A stretch of 64,000 bases of DNA from the NCBI GenBank assembly GCA_016906335.1, contig JADEYG010000004.1:744001-808000 (forward strand), given 5' to 3'. Every line of letters starts with the position of its first letter. Within the stretch, counting starts at the first letter, position 1. Under the pieces are notes generated by a model. That model ran no database searches, was not told where the DNA came from, and saw only the letters and a list, made by a program, of their open reading frames with translations. The position numbers and the translations under genes are program-made. Source of the stretch: Novakomyces olei (lineage: Eukaryota). Shown here one piece after another: positions 49,501 through 62,900 of the stretch.

Positions 49501-50139
49501 GCGCAGCTTTGACATTTTCTGACATTTTGAAAGTAGCAACCGATATGCCTAAACGGGAGTTATGCGATTTATGAGAACATTATAGTGCTTTTGTTATTGG
49601 CCAGTTACATTATCAGACTGTCGCATTTTCATTATATCCAAGTAATACTTCAGTTTTAACGCAGTAGAATCACAATTTAATTGCTGTATTTTACGGTGTT
49701 AATTTAACATGAGGCAATTTACCGTCTTTGATAGCTGTTCAAGTTTGATTTGATGCGCTTGTTCCATTGAAAGTCTTTTTTGAAAATATATGCTTGAACA
49801 TTAGTTGGAATCATTTGGATTCTATGATTGTGCGGCTTTCGTACCCTGCGCTCTTTACCTCTTGCTGATTATGTTGGATGTTTGAGTATAGGTAGTTAAT
49901 TACTGCAACCATGGTTTTGCAGTAAGACGACACCAGAGATAGACAGGCCAATAGGAGGCTTAAAATCTATTCTTTCTTATACTATGATTATCACACGATT
50001 TGCCAGATGAATACAGTCACGCAGACAGCACCTGTCAGTCTAATCAGATCCGTAGTTCAATTACTGTATATCATTTCAACCCCTGTCGAGACACAAATCA
50101 TAATAGACACACTTCACATCTGTGGTTAGATATAACAGA

Positions 50140-51433
50140 TTACAATCGCCAAGCACAGGCCACCATGTAATGAGAAGCCAGCATATTCCATTCCTCAACC
50201 TCGTCTAGCCGGGGAATGTTACGCAGCATCCGCTCATTTGCATCGCTAATGTCACGGACAGTCTCCACCGACACGCTCTGTGTAAGACCAAGATTTATTA
50301 GCCGTTCACGCTGCTCCTTTAACGTAGTGTACTTGCTCATAGTTGGCATATATATCCCGCGCAATTGAGCTAGATTGTCAACCATCATACGGCCAAACGT
50401 ATCGTGCCCGTTTATTGGCTCATACACAATCCACGCAAGTTTAGGGAAGGTGGTGCTTGTCCATTGCATTATTGCATCTGCCTCTTGCACTGTGAGATAG
50501 ACCAAACAGCATTCTGATAGGAATAATGTAGGCAGTGCTGGATCAAAGTTCCGTAATTGAGCCAATTTTTCCGGCAATGATCTTATATCAAACGCGTGCA
50601 GAGAATAATTGCGGAAGTAAAAGTCCTTGTCCGATTGCACTATGGGTTAGAAGATTTTCATGAAGCTTTTGCGCACCAATTTCGTTGTTACATTCGTTAT
50701 AATTTTTATGGAAAAAATGGGCAAAGGCTTCGGGTTTCAGCAATTGTCGCATTTTTGTGCGCACATTGGCAGGCAGGTCAATTTCGACATAGCGAATGTT
50801 CAGCTCGTGATTTTGGTCCTATTGTTAGCAAGAATAAAGGATTTAAAAGGAACATTAAATCAAACAAAATTCTAAGAGCAATGACTTACCAAGAAGCGGA
50901 AATAGCGAGTATCCGAGCCAGCGCCAAGCGAGACAATCTGTACCCGTTGTGAGCCACACGCCTGCAAGAAGGCCATAATATTATTGTCAATTCCTAGTGT
51001 CCGCGCCCACGTGCCTGGTAATTTAGATTGGAATTTTGCGTTGGCACTACCTTTATCCATGATTGGCTGGCTACGAGGACCTTCACGATTTGCCAGCCAG
51101 TAAATGAATTTGTCATTGATGTATCCAGAGCAGACAGCCGACCTTTCAGAAGTCAGTATTATAAATCAACCTCTTTCTTTGAAATTCTTCAAAACTACTT
51201 GTTGTAATTATTGTTAAATAGCCAATTTTATTACCATCGAGCTTGTAGAGCATCATTGTCTGTGTTCAAAAGAGTAGACTCTTTGCCTTAATGTTGTATT
51301 AGTAAATGGTATTACTAATATTTGACCCACTATATCCTGCTGCGGTTGGATTGCTGCACCGTCTTCCACGCACTGGACGCGTCTGTGAGTACTGCGCGTC
51401 CTCGTCGCTAAAATCAAAAGGATTTCGCGGCAT
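50140..51433 (-). CDS. PPM1: Leucine carboxyl methyltransferase 1 (PP2A methylase)
   Basis: Spliced NTDNDALQARW|SAVCSGYINDKF, GTWART, QIVSLGAGSDTRYF, VEIDLP, PTLFLSECCLVYL, DEVEEWNMLASHY. Confidence 0.92.
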
Positions 51434-51571
51434 TTGAGATTCGGCCACAAACTTTCATCGATTCTTAGGCTATTGGTTTTGCTCTCCCCTCAACTTTGAC
51501 GTCTTGATATAGACATTAGCTGCCCACGTGACATGTACTTGCAGTCAAATCGATTAGGTCATTGAGCAATA

Positions 51572-51686
<115 letters not shown>

Positions 51687-52329
51687 GTTATTATTTTATT
51701 ATTTTCATTTTTATTTTTTTATTTTTTTTATTTTTTATTTTTTATTTTTTTTTTTTTCAATTGCAAGAAGAAAAATATACCATGACATTATTGGTGGACA
51801 GCATTGAAAGCTAGGACTTAATGTGGTTAGGTCGCTGGTTATACGTAATGAGATGTAGTTGCCTAAAAGAAACACAGATATGAGATATGATCCACGGCAA
51901 TGCTATCATCAATGTTCTATCATTAATTTTGGCAAATCCGAGCACTCTTTGACAAAACCTAATTGGTATATATTATCTTAAAGGCACATCTCTTGGTAAA
52001 TTATATTGATTGGTTAAATTATAGATTTAAGCTCAAATTCGTTGATTAATGTTAGCAATAGGGTGCTTGTGGATTCTTTTCACATCTTCTCAACCCCATG
52101 AACACTTATTGCGGTAAATATTTGATACTACAGGAAAGCAAGGACGGCCATTGTATCTGTTCTCCATCTAAATGTGGGGTACTTTCAATATAGAAGAGAT
52201 TTAATTGGCTGCAAGCGCATAGTATCATTTTTATTGACATATATAATCAAGGGCGGTCGGACTCAAAGTAAATGTATAACACCGCGCAATTCCAGGTCAA
52301 ACGCTGAGAACATATAGACTCGTCCTAGC

Positions 52330-52661
52330 ATGGCCGGCAATCTTTACGGGCCACAGCAAGTGGCAAAACACAATTCTGCTAAAGATCTCTGGATCATTGT
52401 CGACGGTACTGTCTTTGACATGACTTCGTTCCAGAACGATCATCCTGGGGTAAGTGGAGTCTATATAGTTCATTATCCTCTATTATTTTAGGAAAAATCA
52501 TGTGCTCATTGTGCTAAATATAGCAGGGTCAAAAGATTTTACAACGTGTCGCCGGGAAAGACGCGAGCAAACAGTTCTGGAAGTACCATAACGAGTCAAT
52601 TCTCCAAAAGTATACACCGAAACTGTCTGTCGGGACTATAGCTGGCGACTCCAAGCTATAA
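52330..52661 (+). CDS. Stand-alone soluble cytochrome b5 (84 aa) with C-terminal PTS1 (SKL)
   Basis: Exons 52330-52449 and 52527-52661 give MAGNLYGPQQVAKHNSAKDLWIIVDGTVFDMTSFQNDHPG|GQKILQRVAGKDASKQFWKYHNESILQKYTPKLSVGTIAGDSKL*. Both haem-ligand His residues are present; no TM anchor. Not in the ORF track. Confidence 0.92.
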
Positions 52662-53040
52662 TTAAGCAAAGATTCGGTCAGACACGAATACACATTGTGT
52701 GATTGTAACTTTTGGCAAAGCATTATTGAGCATTCTGCCCGTACATTTGTTATGGCCTCGTTCTACCCTGTCTGTTTTATTGTATAGTTAGCAATATTAC
52801 ATTGGCCCTCGTTTTAAGGTACCGGTTTCAGTTAACAAAAGTAATAGTATAAATTGCACTGTACCCAAATGCCATACGATACGCTCTACATTGAAACTGT
52901 ACCAAACTCGTTACTATCCAATGGCGTTCCCCGGGGAACATTTGCCTGCTCTATGTCCACCAAGTCTTATATATTCCTACTCAATATTTGGAGCCATTAT
53001 TATTGCGATAATATTACTTATTCATCTTTCCCCGCATTAG

Positions 53041-53092
53041 CCTCGGCGCACATGCCTATAAATGCCCGTTACCGAACCTTTTAAATCCTCGG
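53041..53092. promoter_or_regulatory. Two CCTCGG motifs (FarA/Ctf1-type fatty-acid response elements) flanking a TATA box
   Basis: CCTCGG at 53041-53046 and 53087-53092, TATAAAT at 53057-53063, 180-230 bp upstream of the ACAD ATG. Confidence 0.55.
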
Positions 53093-53272
53093 TCCGTTTG
53101 AACTGATCCTACTCGCCTTTAACTTTGTTACAGTGAGGAGAATATAACAGCACAGTGGAAGGCAAAGCTTTCATTCTGGCAGACACAAATTTGTTAGCTT
53201 GAGTTTTACTTCCTCTAAACCTGCTTTACCTGGTGAATTTTGTCCTATCAATTTTAGAATTTTCAAAGAGCA

Positions 53273-55056
53273 ATGGCATCAGCTGTATACAATACGGAAC
53301 AGGTGGCCGAGCATAACTCGGCAAAAGATCTATGGATTGTGGTTGACGATACTGTCTTTGATCTGACAGACTTTCAGAACGAGCATCCCGGGGTGAGTCT
53401 CTTTCTTTCGAATACCATATCATAATTCTTCCCCTCTTATAATCTACGAGATTTCTATCCGTTTTACAGATTTTCTCGTCTTCAAGCCGCCACAAAATTG
53501 TTGTATACATTAAATGATGTACATTATTGCTCTTGCTAACATCTGCATAGGGACAAAAGATACTGCAAAGAGTCGCTGGCAAAGATGCAAGCAAACAGTT
53601 TTGGAAGTACCACAATGAATCTATATTAAAAAAGTACACACCAAAACTCGCAGTGGGCGCGATAACTGGAACCGCAGCCGCAGAGCGACTGAAAGGCTCG
53701 ACTGTGGAAAGCGCAGAGCAAAATATAGAGCAAGATGCCGATGCAGATGCAGATGACGAAGGAGAGCAACCGTACTTTGGAGATCTGCTTCCTTATGCCG
53801 ACCCTTCATGGTACCAGGGATATGCCTCTCCGTTTTATAATGAGACCCACCATGCACTTCGACGTGAAGTACGCGCATTTGTGGATAAGGAGATTATGCC
53901 GTACTGTCACGAATGGGACGAGGCGTATGAGGTACCGGCTCATTTGTACAAGCGTATGGCGGAACGCGGGTACGTGGCGGCGGCTATTGGAGGCGAGTAT
54001 CCGGTTGAGTACTGCAAGTACCAAATTAAGTCAGTCCCACCGGAAAAAATGGACGGATTCCATGAGTTTATCCTGGTCGACGAGATCTCTCGCTGCGGAT
54101 CTGGTGGTGTAGTTTGGAACCTGTTTGGTGGCCTCAGCATTGGAACGCCGCCTGTCTTTAAATACAGTCGGGAGGAGGTTAAAAAGCGCGTTATTCCTGA
54201 AATTTTGAACGGTGATAAGCGTATTTGTCTGTGCATAACAGAGCCAGCTGCGGGCAGTGATGTTGCAAATTTACAAACTACCGCACAAAAAACCCCAGAT
54301 GGCAAGCATTACATTGTGAACGGAGAGAAGAAATGGATAACAAATGGGATTCTCTCTGACTATTTCACAGTGGCCGTGCGTACTGGAGGCCCTGGTATGG
54401 CTGGGATTAGTATGCTTTTGCTTGAGCGGGATATGCCGGGAATCAAGACTCGTCACATGAAATGCTCTGGCGTGTGGGCATCGGGCACGAGCTACGTTAC
54501 CTTTGAGGATGTAAAGGTGCCAGTGGAGAATTTGATTGGCGAGGAAAACAAAGGGTTCAAGACGATAATGACTAATTTTAATCACGAACGTATGGGAATT
54601 GCAATGCAGGCAAATAGATTCGCCAGAGTTTTGTATGAAGAATCGTTAAAATATGCGAATAAACGTGAAACCTTTGGTAAAAAGTTGCTAAATCACGACA
54701 TTATCCGGTATAAATTGGCACAAATGGCTCGACAGATCGAGGCTACACATTCCTGGATCGAAAACTTGGTTTATCAAATGGTTCAGTTGGATGAAACAGA
54801 GTGCATGCTGCGAATGGGAGGAGCAGTGGCTGCGTGCAAAGCTCAAGCTGGGCTTGTGTTCGCTTTTTGTGCGACCGAGGCAATGCAGATTTTTGGAGGG
54901 CTCGCCTATTCCCGTGGTGGGCAGGGCGAGAAAGTTGAAAGGCTGTATCGCGATGTCAGAGCGTACACGATTCCCGGCGGATCTGAAGAAATTATGCTAA
55001 TGTTGTCTATGAACCAGGGAATACGCGTGGCCAAAGCGCTAGGTGCGCGTCTGTGA
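53273..55056 (+). CDS. Cytochrome b5-acyl-CoA dehydrogenase fusion with PTS1-like C-terminus (ARL)
   Basis: Exon 53273-53392 (...NEHPG), intron 53393-53550, then GQKILQRVAGKD... in frame with ACAD motifs CLCITEPAAGSDVA, NGEKKWITNG, NFNHER, RETFGKKL, IPGGSEEIM. Confidence 0.95.
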
Positions 55057-55419
55057 AGTATGTTGCCACAGTTTTGTATAGTTTTATTTAAATTGTCGGC
55101 AAGTTTAGTAGTTTAGCGATTTTTCATGAATCAACGAGTGCAGTTGGCCAGTATGCCTGTAATTTACATTTGACAAGGATGATAATTGCCGACAAATAAT
55201 AATATGTAGGCTTTACTAACAGTAAACAACTATAAACCCTAACCCTTACACACAAGTAATTTGATCGGTATAACGTACTTTCCAATTTATTTAACATTAT
55301 TGACAAATAAATTATTTTATTTGTTCTATATTCTCAATTTTTCAGTAATATTAAATGCTACACAGCAACAATCGCCTTCAGCTTCGATTAATACCAATTA
55401 TTACGTAGCGCTGGCTCTA

Positions 55420-55878
55420 ATGCTGAGGCCCAGTCGGATACTACAGGATTTGAGGTTAGAGCGCGCTTTAAAGCCGTCTTGCCGCTTTCGGGCGTATTCT
55501 TCTGAAAATCGGGTTGCGAAAATTCCAAGTTTCCGCCAAGTATGCGTTTTTGATGATTTGCTAAATAGAACTTTAATTCTGACCAATAGTTTCTTTTGCG
55601 CCGGCAGGTAATCTCACTTTATCGTGAAGCTCTGCGAGCAACAAAAGGTAGTGCGAACATATCGAAATTAAAATTGACATTTCAGGCTTAGACGCGGTAG
55701 CACGCAAAGATACCCGGCTATGGGTTCGGCTGTCTGTAATATCAATATGGCTAATCAATAGGCGCGTAGTGAATTCGAACAGCATCGGCATGAGAACGAT
55801 CCAGAGAAAACTGCGTATCTAGTAGCAAGCGGCCGGCAGCATTTACGGCAGACGGCAAAGTTAATGCAATTGGCATAG
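55420..55878 (+). CDS. Mitochondrial LYR-motif protein (LYRM2-like)
   Basis: Four exons. Arg-rich presequence, then SFRQ|FLLRRQVISLYREALRATK...WARSEFEQHRHENDPEKTAYLVASGR. Confidence 0.85.
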
Positions 55879-56291
55879 TTGAATGTGAATATGGCATGAC
55901 GTACGGTAGAGTGGGATCTCTTTATCTTGCTAGTATGGCCAGACTTATAATGTGCGCAGCTAAAGAGAATAGCAGTGTATGTTTTTTAATGATCAAATAT
56001 TGAATCGGTTTTAACCTCCAATCTGAGCTTTAAAGTATGCTAATTAATGCATCGTCTGCATCGTCGACCGCGGCGGCCTAAAAAGATCTCTCCGTCTAAA
56101 TAATAATAATAGTAATGTAAATTTACAGTATAGATTATTTTATGTATTATTATCTGGATACATTATACATTATATATGCTCCCAGTAACATAAGTACGTA
56201 CCCATAACACAGCACGGCTGGAATCGGGCGCAGAGTATGTAAATGTTTATTATTATGTACAACTTGACCCATCCATCTCCACAATTGACAG

Positions 56292-56529
56292 TTCTCACAT
56301 AAATGCGGCTCGAGACATTTCATAGAGCCCATCGATAATGGCCATATTGAACAAGAGCAGTAGATAAGGCATCGAGTACCGCGTAATTTACGCCAAAAGA
56401 GGTTCCGGCACACGAGTGACGAGAATGTGTCAGCCTATCACTTCCCACCATTATTTCAAGGCACACACATACGTCCGTGCATACGGATAAATTCGCTTAT
56501 TCATACATTAATTATTATGAGCGTGAGAA
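56292..56529. promoter_or_regulatory. Three CSL consensus sites GTG[A/G]GAA upstream of ACC1
   Basis: TTCTCAC at 56292-56298, TTCCCAC at 56442-56448, (C)GTGAGAA at 56523-56529. Confidence 0.6.
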
Positions 56530-56919
56530 GCGCTCATACTTTAAACCCGGGGAAATGTTGGGCAATGATTGGTCTAGTGTTAATATAGCTCTGAAAACAG
56601 TAATCTGGCGTTCAACTGGATAATAAATAAATAAAATAAAAGATAAAACTGCCAGCTGCATACCCCCGACAACAAAGACAGGCTTCGTTTGATTCTTTGT
56701 TTTTTCAATCGAATTTCATCAATTCTTTGCTACTATACTGCTGCGGAATACTGATTGCCCTTGTGGCACTTGAGCAGCAGTATTAAGTTTGTAAGCCTGG
56801 CTAAAAAGCGTTTGTCAAGTGGACTCAAAACTGACTTTTTACAGGAGCAGCTGCTTTATACCCGAGCCTGGGTACATTAGACACAGGTCTCCTGTACTCT
56901 GTATCTGAACAGTGCCGCT

Positions 56920-59900
56920 ATGACGGCAGCAGTGGCTGATCATTTCCTTGGTACTCCTTATTTGAACTGAGTTTGGGCATCGTCTAACTTACAAGGCGGA
57001 AATTCTGTGGATAACGCTGCTCCGAGTGCAATTCGAGACTTTGTACGTGCACGTGGTGGTCATACCGTTATCACTTCAGTGCTTATTGCCAACAATGGAA
57101 TTGCTGCAGTAAAAGAAATCCGCAGTATTCGAAAATGGTAATGAAAATTCAATTGAAAAAGGATCATGGCTCTAGACTAGAACATGACAAAACACATAAA
57201 AAGGCTCTTTTGTCTACCAGAACTCGCAACTAATTCTCAGGGCATATGAAACGTTCAACAATGAGCGCGCCGTGCAGTTTACGGTCATGGCAACACCAGA
57301 CGATCTCAATGCCAATGCCGATTACATTCGTATGGCAGATCAGTATGTGGAAGTGCCCGGTGGCAGTAATAACAACAATTATGCCAATGTAGAGCTTATT
57401 GTGGACGTGGCCGAGCGGATGGGGGTTCATGCCGTCTGGGCCGGCTGGGGCCATGCTTCAGAGAACCCGAAACTGCCAGAAATGCTGGCTCAGTCGAAAC
57501 ACAAGGCCGTCTTTATCGGCCCGCCAGGATCTGCCATGCGCTCTCTTGGAGATAAGATCTCCAGTACTATTGTAGCACAATCAGCAAATGTGCCCTGCAT
57601 GGCCTGGTCTGGCTCTGGGATTGATCAGGTCCGGGTGAATGAGGCCACTGGCATTGTGACAGTAGACGATGATGTGTACAACAAGGCGTGCACTACAAGC
57701 GCCGAACAAGGCCTGGAACGAGCCGAAACGATTGGCTTCCCTGTCATGATCAAGGCCAGTGAAGGAGGTGGAGGCAAAGGTATCCGTAAAGTAGAACAGC
57801 CAGAGCATTTCAAGCAGGCCTATGAGCAGGTGCTGGCCGAAGTGCCCGGGTCGCCTGTCTTCATTATGAAACTGGCAGGAAGTGCTCGTCACTTGGAGGT
57901 GCAAATTCTGGCTGATCAGTACGGGAACAACATCTCTTTGTTTGGCCGTGACTGTTCAGTGCAGCGACGCCATCAAAAGATCATTGAAGAGGCTCCTGTA
58001 ACAATTGCGAGTGATCATACCTTCCACGCAATGGAACAGGCGGCTGTTCGATTGGGAAAGCTGGTGGGATATGTGTCTGCTGGCACGGTAGAGTACCTCT
58101 ACTCCCACCACGATGACAGCTTTTACTTTCTCGAGCTAAACCCTAGACTGCAAGTTGAACATCCTACCACAGAGATGGTTACGGGTGTCAATTTGCCCGC
58201 TGCTCAGTTGCAGATTGCCATGGGTATCCCACTGCACTGTATCCGTGACATCAGACTGCTGTACGGTGCTGACCCACGGTCTAATAACTTGATTGACTTT
58301 GACTTTAAAGACGAGGGCTCCTTGCAAACTCAGCGTCGACCCAAGCCCAAGGGCCACTGTACTGCCTGCCGTATAACTTCCGAAGATCCCGGTGAGGGAT
58401 TCAAACCCTCTAGCGGAATGATGCATGAACTAAACTTCCGTTCTTCCTCAAATGTATGGGGCTACTTTTCTGTGTCGAGTTCTGGTGGCGTTCACCAATT
58501 TAGCGACTCACAGTTTGGCCATATCTTTGCCTTTGGTGAGGATCGTACTGCCAGTCGTAAACACATGGTAGTAGCACTTAAGGAGCTGTCTATTCGTGGT
58601 GATTTCCGTACTACTGTAGAGTACTTGATCAGGCTGCTGGAGACAGAGGCCTTTGAAGAGAATACAATTACTACTGGCTGGCTGGACACTCTGATCAGCA
58701 ACCGTTTAACTGCAGAGCGTCCAGACCAGATGCTGGCAGTTGTCTGTGGAGCCATGGTTCGTGCCCATGTGGCCAGTGAAGAGTGCATTTCTAACTTTCG
58801 CAATGCTCTGGAGCGTGGCCAGGTCCCTGCCCGGGATACACTAAAGACTGTGTTTACGGTGGAGTTTATATACGAAGGTCAGAGATACAGGTTTACGGCA
58901 ACGCATGCCTCGCCCTCTGCTTACCATCTGTTCCTGAATGGTTCAAGGTGCACTGTCGGCATTCGAGCGCTGAGTGACGGAGGCCTTTTGATCCTATTGG
59001 AAGGCCGTTCTCATACCGTCTATTGGCGAGACGAACCAGCGGCCACGCGAATGAGTGTCGATGCCAAGACTTGTCTGTTGGAAGAGGAGAACGATCCGAC
59101 ACAGTTGAGATCGCCTTCTCCGGGAAAGCTCGTCAGATTCCTTGTTGACAGCGGAGATCATGTGCGAGCGGGTCAGGCCATTGCCGAAGTAGAAGTGATG
59201 AAGATGGTGATGCCTGTCTTGGCTCAGGAGGACGGCATTGTACAGGTGATCAAACAGCCTGGCTCCTCCCTCGAGGCCAACGATATTTTGGGCATTTTAA
59301 CCCTGGACGACCCGTCACGGGTGAAGCACGCAAAGCCCTTTGAAGGTCAGTTCCCTGCCTGGGGAGCTCCTCAAATCGTGGGAGACAAACCTTCTCAGCG
59401 ATTCAATGTTACTAAATCCGTGCTTGATGATATCCTTGACGGGTACGACAACCAAGTTATTATGAAGCAATCCCTGCGAGAAATGGCAGGTATTCTACGA
59501 AATTGGCGACTGCCGTACGACCAGTTTTTGGCACAGTTTTCCGCCCTAAAATCCCGTACTCCTGCCAAACTGGAACAGGCATGGACAAGTACGATTGACA
59601 GAGCTCTAGCTCGTGAAACAGAGTTTCCAGGCAAGCAGATCCTTAAAAATTTCGAGACTCAAGCCCTTGATTACCGTCGGCCTGCTGATGTGGAGGCCCT
59701 GCGTTTGCAATTGTCCCCATTACTGGCACTGGCGGCTGACTACAGTTCAGGACTGCGAGCCCACGAACTCGGAGTGTACAATGAGCTGATTGAACGGTAT
59801 TTGCGGATAGAAAAGCTGTTTGGCTCTGCGCTAAATCGCACAGAGGACGTTATTCTGAGACTGCGTGATGAAAACAGGGACTCATTGGACAAAGTAGTGG

Positions 59901-62900
59901 CCATGGTACTCTCGCACTCACGAATCTCCTCCAAAAACAACTTGATTGTTGCCATTCTTGAACTGATTAGGGACGAGCCGTCGACGGCAGTCCTGCAAGT
60001 CCTGGGTCCTTCGTTGCGAGCCTTGTCGGAGTTAGAGACCCGTCAGACTGCTGTAGTGGCTCTAAAGGCGAGAGAGTTGCTGATTGCCTGTGCTACTCCA
60101 CCTTTGAGTGAAAGGTTTGCCCAAATGGAACATATCTTGCGTTCTTCTGTAGTGGAAAACCATTACGGCGACAAAGAATGGGAGCATCGTGCGCCCGATG
60201 TCAATGTAATAAAAGAACTAGTTGATTCGCGGTACTCTGTCTTTGATATTCTGCCTAATTTTTTCACTCATCCGGATCCGTGGGTGGCACTAGCGGCCTT
60301 GGAAGTCTATGTCCGGCGGGCCTACCGTGCCTATTCCCTTTTGGAAGTGGAGCATTATACGCACGGGGAGGCGACTCCGTATTATATGACGTGGACGTTT
60401 CAGCTGCACAGTGCGACTGCCTCTTCAGTAAGTGTTGCCCCAACGCCTTCGAGTGGAGCCTCGAGCGACCTGTCTCTCGCCAGAATCAAATCGTTCTCTG
60501 ATTTGTCTGTTGCCGGTGTCAAAACGGACGCTGAACCCGTTCGTACTGGTGTTATTATCCCCGTTGCTGGGATTGACGGGTTTGAGGATGCTTTGGTCCG
60601 TGGACTGGAAAAGATCCCGTTGCATAGTGACTCTGCTGAGGACGGATCTGCCTCGGAGCTTGTTAATGTTGTAAACATTATGGTCAGCGATGTTCAGATG
60701 GATGACGAGGAGCTTATTGACAGGGTAACTGCTGTCCTGAACGAGCTGAGCAACGAACTGCTTGCTCACAGTATCAGACGCGTAACGTTTGTCTGTGGAC
60801 GAAAGAATGGTGCTGGTAGCAACAGCACAACTCTGTCCGAGTACACGTTCCGCGGCCCTCGGCAATGGGCAGACAAGGAAAAGATCAAGTACCATGAGGA
60901 CAAGGCCATTCGTAATATTGAGCCGGCACTAGCCTTTCAGCTGGAATTGGGCCGTCTCTCTAATTTCAATGTGACCCCAGTGTTCCTGGAGAATCGCAAC
61001 ATCCATGTGTACAAGGCAGTGGGCAAGCAAGTGCCCTCGGATCGTCGATACTTTGTCCGGGCGCTTGTACGGCCCGGCAGACTGCGTGATGTCATCCCGA
61101 CGAGCGAGTACCTTATTTCGGAGACGGATAGGCTCGTTAGTGAGATTGTTTCGCAGCTCGAGATTGTGGATACGGATAATACTGATATGAATCATATTTT
61201 TATCAATTTTACTCCGGCCTTCAACCTGTCTCCCGAGGAAGTTGAAAATGCGCTCGGCGGCTTTATTGACCGCTTCGGTCTACGACTCCGTCGACTGCGG
61301 ATTACGGCAGCCGAGATCCGTATTATCTGTGCGGAACCAGTGACGGGTAAGCCGTATCCGCTGCGAGTAATCTTGTCCAACACGACCGGCTTTGTAGTGC
61401 GAACAGAGCTTTATGCAGAGATAAGGACGGAGAAGAGTGGGCAATGGATCTTTAAATCTATCGGCCCGACAGGCTCAATGGACCTGATGCCCCTGACAAC
61501 GCCTTACCCTACTAAAGAATGGCTCCAGCCTAAGCGCTACAAGGCTCATCTGTTGCAAACTACATATGTTTACGATATGCCTGAGCTTTTCCGCCAGGCT
61601 TTTGCCCTGACCTGGAAGCGTGCAGTGCAATTAGATCCCTCACTGCAGGTCCCGGAGCAAGTGCTGGAGACGTGTGAGCTCGTTCTTGATGAAAGATCTC
61701 AGTTGCAAGAAGTTGCACGTGAACCCGGCATGAACAAGATTGGTATGGTTGCCTGGCTGGCAAGAGCGTACACGCCCGAGTACCCACGTGGCCGTCGTTT
61801 CATTCTTATTGCCAACGATATAACGTTTGCCATTGGCTCGTTTGGCCCACAGGAGGATCAGTTCTTCCACAAGGTGACAGAGCTGGCCCGGCGTATAGGA
61901 ATCCCCAGAATATACCTGTCTGCCAACTCTGGGGCCCGTATAGGCTTGGCGGAAGAGCTAATCCCCCTATTTTCCGTAGCCTGGACGGACCCCAAAAAGC
62001 CTGAAAAGGGCTTCAAGTACCTTTACCTCACTCAAAAAGTCATGGACCAGCTGGTCAAGAGCGGCGGCGGCAGTGCTAAAGACGTTATTACAGAACGCAT
62101 AACGGACGCTGGCCAAGTGCGGCACAAGCTGGTTACCATCATTGGTGCCCGAGATGGCCTCGGAGTAGAGTGCTTACGGGGCTCTGGGCTTATTGCCGGC
62201 AGCACTGCTCGAGCTTACAATGATATTTTCACTATAACTCTGGTGACGGCCCGCTCTGTTGGCATTGGAGCTTACTTGGTCCGACTGGGACAGAGAGCCG
62301 TGCAGGTTGAGGGCCAGCCCATCATCCTCACTGGTGCCCCGGCAATAAACAATTTGCTCGGCCGTGAAGTTTATTCGTCTAATTTGCAGCTCGGAGGCAC
62401 GCAAATCATGTACCGCAACGGAGTCTCCCACGCAACTGCGCGGGATGACTTGGACGGGATCCAAAAGATTGTGGGATGGATGTCTCATGTCCCGGCCAAA
62501 CGCAACGACCCTGTACCCGTAACTCCGACTGCCGATCCGTGGGATAGGGACGTGGGCTATACGCCTCCTAAAGGTGTCTATGACGTACGCCACTTGTTTA
62601 ATGGAGCAGAGGAGGAAGGAGAGTACCTGCCCGGGTTCTTTGACAGGGATTCCTTTACAGAGAGCCTTGGTGGCTGGGCTCGAGGCGTCGTTGTTGGCCG
62701 TGCTCGTCTGGGCGGAATCCCTATTGGAGTCATCGGTGTGGAAACACGATCAGTGGAGACGGTTATCCCCGCTGACCCAGCGAACCCAGAGTCCACAGAG
62801 CAAGTAATCACTGAGGCCGGTCAAGTTTGGTACCCAAATTCTGCGTACAAGACGGCTCAGGCCATTGACGACTTCAACAAGGGAGAGCAATTGCCACTCA

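Noticed and set aside
56845-56919. Non-AUG N-terminal extension of ACC1 (HFA1-like mitochondrial isoform)
   Set aside because: An in-frame TAG at 56878-56880 closes the upstream frame.
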